Below are positions 40,838-48,849 of a DNA stretch of 64,000 nucleotides, piece by piece. Position numbers and translations under genes: made by a program. Within the stretch, counting starts at the first letter, position 1; each line of letters starts with the position of its first letter. The notes beneath the pieces are model-generated. The model saw nothing but the letters and a program-made list of their open reading frames with translations. It was not told the origin of the DNA and did no database searches. This DNA comes from Candidatus Cloacimonadota bacterium (lineage in GTDB: Bacteria > Cloacimonadota > Cloacimonadia > JGIOTU-2): the NCBI GenBank assembly GCA_049903315.1, contig JBNGBT010000007.1, positions 32,360 to 96,359 of the forward strand, read 5' to 3'.

Positions 40838-42583
40838 ATGAAAAATCTCAAGCTGATAATCTCATATCTTAAGCAATATAAGAAAAGCATTGCTGTTGGA
40901 GTATTGTGTCTGATCTTAGTTGATGCCATCCAGATGGTCGTGCCAAAGATTATCCAGCATGTGATCGACTATCTCCACAAACCCGACTTCACTATGAATA
41001 CAATCCTCATGTTTTCAGGGATAATTTTCGGGCTTGCGATCCTTATGGCTGTTCTGCGCTACCTCTGGAGAATATTTCTAATCACAAATTCTTTTAAAAT
41101 AGAAAAGAAAATCCGCAATGATTATTATGAACATCTGCAAAAGCTTTCACCGCGCTTCTTTCAGGATCATAATACCGGTGATCTCATGGCGTATGCCACT
41201 AATGATCTGAATGCAGTGCGTATGCTTTTTGGCATTGGTGTAGTCCTCATTTTCGATGTAGTTTTTGTGACGATTGCTTCATTACTTCTTATGGGTAACA
41301 TCAACGTTAAAATGACACTTTTTGTCATAATTCCGCTTCCTATTGTGACTTTTGTCATGATCTATTTCGGGAAAAAAGTACATCGACTCTTCAAGAGAGT
41401 TCAAACGACTTTTGCGCATCTTTCGGACAGGGTTCAGGAAACGATTTCCGGCGTTCGTATAATCAAATCTTTTGTACGCGAAAAAGCATACGAGGACCGT
41501 ATCGGAAGTGTTGCAGAAGATCTTGTTGGTCAAAATATCAAACTGGTAAAAATATGGGGTATGTTTTTCCCTTTGATGTTCGCTATTATAGGAATCAGTA
41601 TGCTCTTAACCCTCTATATTGGAGGTACAAAGACGATCCTCCGGGAGATCACGATCGGAGAGTTCGTGGCATTCAACAGCTATCTTCACCTCATCATCTG
41701 GCCAGTGATCGCCGTGGGCTGGATTGTAAATCTGTATCAGCGAGGAACAGCATCACTCAACAGAATTCAGGATATTATGAACCAGAAGCCGGAGATCATC
41801 GATGAGCCGTGCGTAGATAATGCAATAACTTCTTTAGAAGGAAACATCAGTTTCAAACATCTCAGCTATGCCTATCCCGAGACAGACCTGCAAGTACTCA
41901 GTGATATCACTGTCGACATTAAAGCAGGCGAAACTCTTGCAATCGTCGGAAGAACAGGCGAAGGTAAAAGCACGATCGTCAAACTTCTTACTCGTATGTT
42001 CAATCCGGCTAGAAATGAAATATATATCGATGATCATGAAATTTATCAAATTCCCCTGAAAACACTCCGTCAGTCAATCGCTGTTGTCACTCAGGACATC
42101 TTTCTTTTTGCATCATCAGTACAGGAGAACATACAGTTCGGAAACGAAAATGTAACAAAGGATGATGTCATAGAAATCGCGCAGATATCACAATTTTATA
42201 ACGATGTAAAAGATTTTGAGATGGAATTTGATTCCATAGTCGGAGAAAGAGGAGTGTCGCTTTCAGGAGGTCAGAAGCAACGCCTCGCACTTTCCCGAGC
42301 TCTTATCAAGAATGCCCCGATCCTGATCCTCGATGATGCATTTTCTTCAGTAGATACTGAAACTGAGGAGATCATACTCAAGAATATTCGAATTAGCCAG
42401 AAAAGTAAAACCGTTCTCATGATCGCACACAGAATTTCTACCATGCAGCATGCAGATAAGATCATCGTGCTGTCTGACGGAAAAGTGGCAGAGCACGGAA
42501 CCCATGAATCGCTTCTCAAGCTCAATGGCATTTATACAGACATCTATAATCGTCAAAAGCTAAGAGAAGAACTGGAAATGTAA
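40838..42583 (+). CDS. ABC exporter fused TMD-NBD, heterodimer subunit 1 (MdlA/YheI-like)
   Basis: Six-TM domain, GRTGEGKST, LSGGQKQR, degenerate Walker B ILDDAFS. Confidence 0.9.
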   Translation: MKNLKLIISYLKQYKKSIAVGVLCLILVDAIQMVVPKIIQHVIDYLHKPDFTMNTILMFSGIIFGLAILMAVLRYLWRIFLITNSFKIEKKIRNDYYEHLQKLSPRFFQDHNTGDLMAYATNDLNAVRMLFGIGVVLIFDVVFVTIASLLLMGNINVKMTLFVIIPLPIVTFVMIYFGKKVHRLFKRVQTTFAHLSDRVQETISGVRIIKSFVREKAYEDRIGSVAEDLVGQNIKLVKIWGMFFPLMFAIIGISMLLTLYIGGTKTILREITIGEFVAFNSYLHLIIWPVIAVGWIVNLYQRGTASLNRIQDIMNQKPEIIDEPCVDNAITSLEGNISFKHLSYAYPETDLQVLSDITVDIKAGETLAIVGRTGEGKSTIVKLLTRMFNPARNEIYIDDHEIYQIPLKTLRQSIAVVTQDIFLFASSVQENIQFGNENVTKDDVIEIAQISQFYNDVKDFEMEFDSIVGERGVSLSGGQKQRLALSRALIKNAPILILDDAFSSVDTETEEIILKNIRISQKSKTVLMIAHRISTMQHADKIIVLSDGKVAEHGTHESLLKLNGIYTDIYNRQKLREELEM

Positions 42584-42584
42584 T

Positions 42585-44696
42585 ATGCGGAAATTCTCAT
42601 CAGCATTCGAAGAAGAAAAAGACAGCGGCAAGGTACTCGACTCCAAGCTGATGAAGCGCTTGCTGAAATACCTCATACCCTATAAGATATATTTCATTAT
42701 CTCATTCTTCCTACTCATTACTATCGCATTTTTCGCTATAGCAATTCCTTACTTAACAAAATATGCTATTGATGAATATATCAATCCGTCTTTGAAGATC
42801 CTCACAGTGAAAGATCATCCTGAAATCCAGGAACACTTCAGCACACGATATAAAAAATATGTGGTCAGCCAGCAGGACGGCAAGATACTTATTCACAGCT
42901 ATAATATTGATAAATTGATACCAAAGCATTTTCACATGCTTGTTTCCAATGAGCTGATCAGCAAAGACATTTATGCATCCTATCCTATTAATGAAAAAAA
43001 CACGAGCATTGCCGAGAAATATCCCCAATTCATTACACGCTTTGGAAACTTCTATATCATTCCACAAAAAAACCTGCCTGAACTCAGTGTCGATGATACT
43101 AAAATCCTGCGGTCACGGGACATTAGCGGACTAAAAACACTTGCGGTCATATTTTTTGTTTTCCTGGTACTGCGCTTCGTATTCAGCTACGTGCAGATAT
43201 TCCTGACCCAGTACGCCGCCATGCATTCAATGTATGATTTGCGCATGAAACTCTTTAATCACCTTCAAAAACTGCCCATGTCTTTTTTCGACAAAAATCC
43301 CATTGGACGGTTGGTGACGAGAGTCACAAATGATGTGAATGCTCTTTCGGAAATGCTCGGCGAAGGTTTGATTACCCTCATACAGGATATTTTTATGATG
43401 GCGGCAATACTTGTAGTCATGTTGCTGATCAACTGGAAACTGGCACTCATCACATTTGTAGTCCTTCCTTTAGTGGTTTTCTTCATGCTGAAATTTAAGG
43501 CTGATATTCGCAAGGTATATCGAATGGTGCGTATACGTCTCGCGAAGATTAATGTCAGCTTAAGTGAGAACATATCAGGCATTCAGACCATCCAGCTTTT
43601 CCATCAGGAGAAGAAAAAACAGGCAGAATTCGAAACCGTAACCCAGGAATATTTTGAAGCTGAGAAAAAACAGATGCATGTCTTCGCAGTGTTCAGACCA
43701 CTTATCGATGTCATGGTCCATCTCGCGATTGCACTTATTCTCTGGTTTGGAGGTGGGAGTATTATTCAGAACAAGATGTCCCTTGGTGTATTGGTTGTAT
43801 TCATCAGCTATGTCCACCGCTTTTTCGACCCGCTACATGACCTGAGTCAGAAATATAATGTGTTGCAATCTGCAATGGCTGCTTTGGAGCGCATTTTCAA
43901 GCTGATGGATGAGAAAGAAGAGGACTATCCTGCATTGCATTCATATCCCGAACGATTACAAGGAGAGATCGAATTTAAAAATGTGTGGATGGCATATAAG
44001 AACGAAGATTGGGTCCTCAAGGATATTAATCTTAAAATAGCAAAAGGTGAAAAAGTTGCACTTGTGGGCTCTACAGGTGGAGGTAAGACCACGCTTGTAA
44101 AATTGATCAGTTCGTTCTACCCCTTCCAGAAAGGGGATATTATCATTGATGGAAAATCTATTAAGAATTATAATCTCGAAGAATTGCGGTACAATATCGG
44201 CGTAGTGCATCAGGATGTCTTTATTTTTTCAGGCAAAATAAGTGATAATATTTCTTTATTCAGGAAGAATATATCCAAAGAGCAAATCGTGCAGGCAGCA
44301 AAATATGTGAATGCGGACAGGTTCATTTCACGGCTTCCAAAGGGCTATGATGATGATGCAAAAGAGCGTGGTTCAGTGCTTTCTGCCGGTCAGCGTCAGC
44401 TCCTTGCCTTTGCCCGTGTATTGGTAGGGGATCCGAGCATTTTTGTTCTTGATGAAGCAACCTCGAATATCGATACGGAAACTGAAATGCTTATCCAGGA
44501 TGCTCTGAAAAAGATCATGGAGAATCGCACCTCGATCATTATTGCACACCGGCTCTCGACCATTCAGAATGTTGACCGCATTGTTGTTATTCATAAAGGT
44601 AAAATTGCGGAAGAAGGCTCACACAATGAGCTACTCAAACTTCGAGGGATTTACTACAAATTGTATGAACTTCAGTATAAAGGCATGGAAAAGTGA
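42585..44696 (+). CDS. ABC exporter fused TMD-NBD, heterodimer subunit 2 (MdlB/YheH-like) with large extracytoplasmic insert
   Basis: GSTGGGKTT, LSAGQRQ, VLDEATS, IAHRLSTI; long hydrophilic loop between TM1 and TM2. Confidence 0.9.
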   Translation: MRKFSSAFEEEKDSGKVLDSKLMKRLLKYLIPYKIYFIISFFLLITIAFFAIAIPYLTKYAIDEYINPSLKILTVKDHPEIQEHFSTRYKKYVVSQQDGKILIHSYNIDKLIPKHFHMLVSNELISKDIYASYPINEKNTSIAEKYPQFITRFGNFYIIPQKNLPELSVDDTKILRSRDISGLKTLAVIFFVFLVLRFVFSYVQIFLTQYAAMHSMYDLRMKLFNHLQKLPMSFFDKNPIGRLVTRVTNDVNALSEMLGEGLITLIQDIFMMAAILVVMLLINWKLALITFVVLPLVVFFMLKFKADIRKVYRMVRIRLAKINVSLSENISGIQTIQLFHQEKKKQAEFETVTQEYFEAEKKQMHVFAVFRPLIDVMVHLAIALILWFGGGSIIQNKMSLGVLVVFISYVHRFFDPLHDLSQKYNVLQSAMAALERIFKLMDEKEEDYPALHSYPERLQGEIEFKNVWMAYKNEDWVLKDINLKIAKGEKVALVGSTGGGKTTLVKLISSFYPFQKGDIIIDGKSIKNYNLEELRYNIGVVHQDVFIFSGKISDNISLFRKNISKEQIVQAAKYVNADRFISRLPKGYDDDAKERGSVLSAGQRQLLAFARVLVGDPSIFVLDEATSNIDTETEMLIQDALKKIMENRTSIIIAHRLSTIQNVDRIVVIHKGKIAEEGSHNELLKLRGIYYKLYELQYKGMEK

Positions 44697-44704
44697 GGAA
44701 AATT

Positions 44705-44732
44705 TCTAAATCCTAATGTCTAATGCCTAATA
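44705..44732 (+). repeat. Degenerate 7-bp tandem repeat (x4)
   Basis: TCTAAAT CCTAATG TCTAATG CCTAATA. Confidence 0.6.
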
Positions 44733-44745
44733 AAAGTTAATAAAT

Positions 44746-44777
44746 TTGACATAAAACGATTACCAAATAAATTTGGT
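44746..44777 (+). promoter_or_regulatory. hicAB promoter with palindromic operator
   Basis: TTGACA at 44746-44751; inverted repeat ACCAAAT-aa-ATTTGGT (44762-44777) over the expected -10. Confidence 0.6.
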
Positions 44778-44789
44778 GAGGAGTTGTCC

Positions 44790-44972
44790 ATGCCAATAAG
44801 CGGTAAAGAGTTGCTCACGAGATATCTAAAAGCAGGCTGGATAAAATTGAAACAAAAAGGTAGTCATGTGAAAGTTGGAAAAGATGATTTGAGACAAACA
44901 ATTTCCATGCAAAAGGAATTGAAAAAAGGTCTTGAAAGAAAATTATTAAAATTTTTAGAGGAGCATAAATAA
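44790..44972 (+). CDS. hicA: HicA family toxin
   Basis: SGKELL..L.KAGW....QKGSH and KELKKG motifs; GAGGAG RBS before the ATG at 44790. Confidence 0.8.
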   Translation: MPISGKELLTRYLKAGWIKLKQKGSHVKVGKDDLRQTISMQKELKKGLERKLLKFLEEHK

Positions 44973-45397
44973 TGCGTTTTCATTTTAAGATACACAAAGA
45001 AAATAAGGGTTTCTGGGCAGAATGTATCGAGCTTGAAGGATGCAACACTCAGGCAGATACACTGCAACGGCTTGAAAAGAATATGTCTGAAGTGCTTAAC
45101 CTTTACCTCTCCGAACCTGAAGATTCAACAGTTGTCTTTCCAATTCCTGATGAGACAATTAAGGAAGCAAAGGATATTGTGAGTGTTAAAGTCGATCCTC
45201 ACGTAGCTTTTGCTTTTTTACTTCGAAGATATAGGTTAGTCAATAAACTTTCGCAACAGGACGTTGCAAAAAAAATGGGCTGGAAAAACATCTGGAGTTA
45301 CCAGCGATTTGAAAAAACTGCGAATCCAACCCTCGATAAGCTGTCCAAATTCAATGAAGCTTTCCCGGATCTTAATATTCCGCTTGTGTTTTCCTAA
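44972..45397 (+). CDS. hicB: HicB family antitoxin with C-terminal HTH
   Basis: FWAECIELEGCNTQADT..L..N..EVL..YL; LSQQDVAKKMG...YQRFE..ANPTL XRE-type HTH. Confidence 0.85.
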   Translation: MRFHFKIHKENKGFWAECIELEGCNTQADTLQRLEKNMSEVLNLYLSEPEDSTVVFPIPDETIKEAKDIVSVKVDPHVAFAFLLRRYRLVNKLSQQDVAKKMGWKNIWSYQRFEKTANPTLDKLSKFNEAFPDLNIPLVFS

Positions 45398-45437
45398 TTA
45401 AGTATATATAATTAAGATTTAACACAGGAGATAATTT

Positions 45438-45779
45438 ATGATTAATAATCCAGTAAATCAATGGGAAGAAAAAGATTTACAAGAACTTATTGAACGAAAT
45501 TTGGGTGAATCGATTTTTAGAGAATATAAAGAACAGATCAACATTTCTTCAAAAGGAGAAAAAAAAGAGATTTGCAAAGATGTTTCTGCAATTGCTAATT
45601 CCTATGGTGGTCAAATAATTTTTGGAATAGAAGAAGTAAAAGAAAGAAACAGTGGTAGTATTCCGAAAAAGCTTAAACCAATAAAAGATTTTTCACAAAA
45701 AGAAATTATGCAGCAAATACTCGCAGATGGAATCTTGCCACGTGTTGAATTCCAAATATTTTCCATAAAAATTGTATAA
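45438..45779 (+). pseudogene. Schlafen/AlbA_2-domain protein, apparently truncated
   Basis: ESIFREYKE, EICKDVSAIANSYGGQIIFGIEE; stops at 113 aa near the end of the domain, with a REP-like element just downstream. Confidence 0.6.
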
Positions 45780-45817
45780 AATTATTGAATAATATGAATG
45801 ATTGTGAAAAAAAGAGA

Positions 45818-45863
45818 AAACCCCGTCCACCGGCTGGCGGACACTCCTCTGAGAGAGGGGAAT
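45818..45863. repeat. REP-like double hairpin
   Basis: AAACCCC-GTCCACC-ggct-GGCGGAC-aCTCCTCT-gag-AGAGGGG-AAT; a GC-rich island in AT-rich DNA. Confidence 0.55.
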
Positions 45864-45975
45864 AAAACCATGAACGAAAAATTTATAAATTTCAGGTATG
45901 AGCAAAGAAGAAATGATCATACTTAGTGAGATAACAACACACGACAAGGATGATGAACTCAAGATTTCGAATAAT

Positions 45976-46527
45976 ATGAAAAAAATTCTCCCAGATATAG
46001 GTCAGATCTATTTCGAATACAGCTCTCGCGCTATGCGTATCAGTATTTCCGTGAAAGTGGAGAGAGTCCGAGTCTCTGTGCCGGTAGGTGTTTCCATGAA
46101 AAAAGCACAGAAATTTGTAGAGTCAAAAAGTGATTGGATATATAAACATGTGCAAAGACTCAAGGAGCTTCAAAAGAACTATCAAGCACCTATAGCTCCA
46201 CAGAATATTAATCGCACACATACAAAAGCTGTACTCATACACAAGTTGGAAACCCTCGCACAGAAGCATGGATTTACCTACAATCGTGCGTTCATAAAAA
46301 ACCAGAAAACGCTGTGGGGAAGCTGTTCACACAAAAATAATATCAATCTCAATATAAAGCTTATACTTCTACCCGAGCCACTTCGAGAGTATATAATTCT
46401 GCACGAGCTTGTTCATCTCAAGGTGAAAAATCATAGTAAAACTTTCTGGCAGGAACTGGCGCATTATTGCCCGGATTACATGGAGCGCAGAAAGGAATTG
46501 AGAGTGTATCGGCTGGAATTCATGTAA
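45976..46527 (+). CDS. YgjP/DUF45 (SprT-like) zinc metallohydrolase
   Basis: QKTLWGSCS, YIILHELVHL..NHSKTFW; start at MKKILP is tentative. Confidence 0.85.
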   Translation: MKKILPDIGQIYFEYSSRAMRISISVKVERVRVSVPVGVSMKKAQKFVESKSDWIYKHVQRLKELQKNYQAPIAPQNINRTHTKAVLIHKLETLAQKHGFTYNRAFIKNQKTLWGSCSHKNNINLNIKLILLPEPLREYIILHELVHLKVKNHSKTFWQELAHYCPDYMERRKELRVYRLEFM

Positions 46528-46545
46528 TCTAACTATTGTGTATTC

Positions 46546-46575
46546 TACCAAAGAGAATACAGAGATCACAGAGAA
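46546..46575 (+). repeat. Short ACAGAGAA-type intergenic repeat element, copy 2
   Basis: TACCAAAGAGAATACAGAGATCACAGAGAA, aligns with 17737-17768. Confidence 0.55.
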
Positions 46576-46750
46576 TTATTAGTAAAATATTGCTAGCTTG
46601 CGGATTGGGCTGTGTAGTAACAAAAAGCACTTTAACTCACGATCACTCGTCTCCTAGATTATTATAGGAGTATGAACAATTAAATAAATATTTTGACAGA
46701 AATTTACCATCTTCATAACTCTCTTTAAGAAATCTTCGAAAAGGTCTGCC

Positions 46751-47884
46751 ATGTATAAAAAATATAAGATCATATTATTAATATTTTTCTTCAGTTTCTT
46801 ATTTTTAGGTGCTGATGAAAATGAAAGTGAATATTCTTTGGACGGCATTGATGGACCATACATTTTCAGTGCAGGGGATTCCGTGCTTGTATATGAAATA
46901 AATGAGGATAATGAACTTAGTTCTTATAATGCAACTCGTTCAGATACCTTCAAAGTCGTTGTACCTAACGAAACAAATGACACCTTTTATTTTACCCTTC
47001 AGGAAAGATTGAAAATCTATCCGGCATGTTATCCGAATATCGAAAGGATATTTGCCGTTTCGGATATCGAAGGAAATTTTAATGCACTTGTGAGTCTTCT
47101 CCAAGAAAATGGAATTATTGATAAAAATTTTAACTGGGCTTTTAGTGATGGACATCTCGTGGTGAATGGAGATCTGGTTGATAGGGGAGAATTCGTCACA
47201 CCAATTCTCTGGCTTATCTACAAACTCGAACAAGAGGCGCAGGCACAAAATGGGATGGTGCACGTTATTCTGGGAAATCATGAGAACATGGATATCAAAG
47301 GACGAACAGACTATGCACAGAATAAGTACATCGCAGCTGCACAGAGAATCTGTCATAATGAGGATCCATCTGAATCACTTAAGTTTTTATTTTCAAAAGA
47401 TTCCGAACTCGGAGCATGGCTTAGGACTAAGAATTCTATTGAAAAAATAGGGAATATCATTTTTGTTCACGCTGGTTTGAGTCCGGAACTTATTGAGTAC
47501 GATTTTACTTTTCAACAGATCAATGATTCAATTCGGAAATATCTCGATTATCAAACAGGAGATATAGAAAATGAGGATAGTCAGTTTCTCTTCCGTAGTT
47601 TTGGTCCTCTCTGGTTTAGAGGAATGATCATGGATTATAAAGATTATTATACTAAAATAACAGAGGTGCAAGTCGATTCGCTTCTTGCGCAGTACGATGC
47701 AAATACTGTGGTCATAGGGCACACAATTGTGGATAGTGTCAGTGCGGATTATAATGGAAAAATCATAAGAATTGATGTTCATCAACCTGAAGAAAAGCAT
47801 ACAGGAAATGCTCAAGCACTTCTTATAGAGAATAATCATTTTTACAAAGTAAACGATCTTGGAGAAAAAGTAAAACTGAAATAA
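46751..47884 (+). CDS. Exported metallophosphoesterase (Shewanella-like phosphatase family)
   Basis: Signal peptide; SDIEG, GDLVDRG, GNHE, FVHAG, GPLWFRG, IGHT. Confidence 0.88.
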   Translation: MYKKYKIILLIFFFSFLFLGADENESEYSLDGIDGPYIFSAGDSVLVYEINEDNELSSYNATRSDTFKVVVPNETNDTFYFTLQERLKIYPACYPNIERIFAVSDIEGNFNALVSLLQENGIIDKNFNWAFSDGHLVVNGDLVDRGEFVTPILWLIYKLEQEAQAQNGMVHVILGNHENMDIKGRTDYAQNKYIAAAQRICHNEDPSESLKFLFSKDSELGAWLRTKNSIEKIGNIIFVHAGLSPELIEYDFTFQQINDSIRKYLDYQTGDIENEDSQFLFRSFGPLWFRGMIMDYKDYYTKITEVQVDSLLAQYDANTVVIGHTIVDSVSADYNGKIIRIDVHQPEEKHTGNAQALLIENNHFYKVNDLGEKVKLK

Positions 47885-47912
47885 TCAACTGTTCATAGCG
47901 TAAGATTCCAAC

Positions 47913-47939
47913 CTTTCAAACCGTTGAAAAGTTTGAAAG
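47913..47939. repeat. Palindrome (REP-like or terminator) between convergent genes
   Basis: Perfect 9-bp stem CTTTCAAAC-n9-GTTTGAAAG, followed by a second AAACCGTT unit. Confidence 0.55.
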
Positions 47940-47959
47940 AAACCGTTTGCAATGTTTTA

Positions 47960-48190
47960 TTATAATTCCAACCCTTTCAGATCTTCGACATTTATACTCA
48001 ACTGTGACATACAATCCTCGATTCCTTTATTATAAAACTCCTTTGCCAGGTTTTCTGTGAAGAAATCCAGTAGGAGGATCGCAGCGAGTTCTCCAATCTC
48101 TTCATCTCGTTCATTCAGGAAGAATATCTTTATCTTCTCAATCATTTTATCCTTTACTTCCTTTGAAAGTTCCACGCTTCTTTTTTTCAT
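47960..48190 (-). CDS. DUF2164 family protein
   Basis: K..MI.KIK.FF..ERDEEIGELAA.LLLDFF.E.L...FYNKGIED pattern. Confidence 0.8.
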   Translation of the reverse strand: MKKRSVELSKEVKDKMIEKIKIFFLNERDEEIGELAAILLLDFFTENLAKEFYNKGIEDCMSQLSINVEDLKGLEL

Positions 48191-48300
48191 AAGCTTTTGC
48201 TCTCCGGTTTTATGAGTAATTTTTTGATAGTGTATGATTTGTCAAAGCATTTACATTTTATTTCTTGACACGAGAAATGTTAAAGTAATAAGAAATTACT

Positions 48301-48849
48301 ATGAAAAAACAATGTCCTACTTTTATAAATAAAGGAACATATCTTTTAATCACAATACCCGTTATCCTTTTATACATAGCGATTGGTTATTATCTCTGGA
48401 ATTTTGCCAATATCTTCTTCTGGATATATCTTGCTTTGTTCATCCTCACTAATATGTTTCAGAGTTACTGCTGTGCCTATCAACACTGCCCTTATATGCA
48501 TGGATTCTGTTCCGGAATAGGCGGCTTTATTGTACCAGCCAGTCGAATAGCGCGATTATTTAAGAGTAAAGCGACCTCAAAATCCCTTTTCAATTTATCA
48601 ACAGTAATTGCATCAATATCAGCGTTGGGAATTATCATTTTACCTTTATTCTTCCTTCAAGCTCTGGGCATACTCTTTACACTCCTCTATTGTTTGATAT
48701 TTATTGCTTATGGAGAGTTATTCTTGAATATTATATGTCCCGATTGTGTAACAAAAAAGACCTGTCCTGCAGGATCCCTGTCTTCGAAAATTATTGTGGA
48801 GACTAGTACATCCGATATTTCTTCAGATCCTGATAATAAGCTGGAGTAA
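48301..48849 (+). CDS. Hypothetical 4-TM membrane protein with two Cys clusters
   Basis: YCCAYQHCPYMHGFC after TM2 and ICPDCVTKKTCP after TM4; TTGACA at 48265-48270. Confidence 0.6.
   Translation: MKKQCPTFINKGTYLLITIPVILLYIAIGYYLWNFANIFFWIYLALFILTNMFQSYCCAYQHCPYMHGFCSGIGGFIVPASRIARLFKSKATSKSLFNLSTVIASISALGIIILPLFFLQALGILFTLLYCLIFIAYGELFLNIICPDCVTKKTCPAGSLSSKIIVETSTSDISSDPDNKLE

Noticed and set aside
40838..44696. Degenerate Walker B and signature motifs as a sign of inactivation
   Set aside because: One degenerate nucleotide site is normal for heterodimeric ABC exporters.
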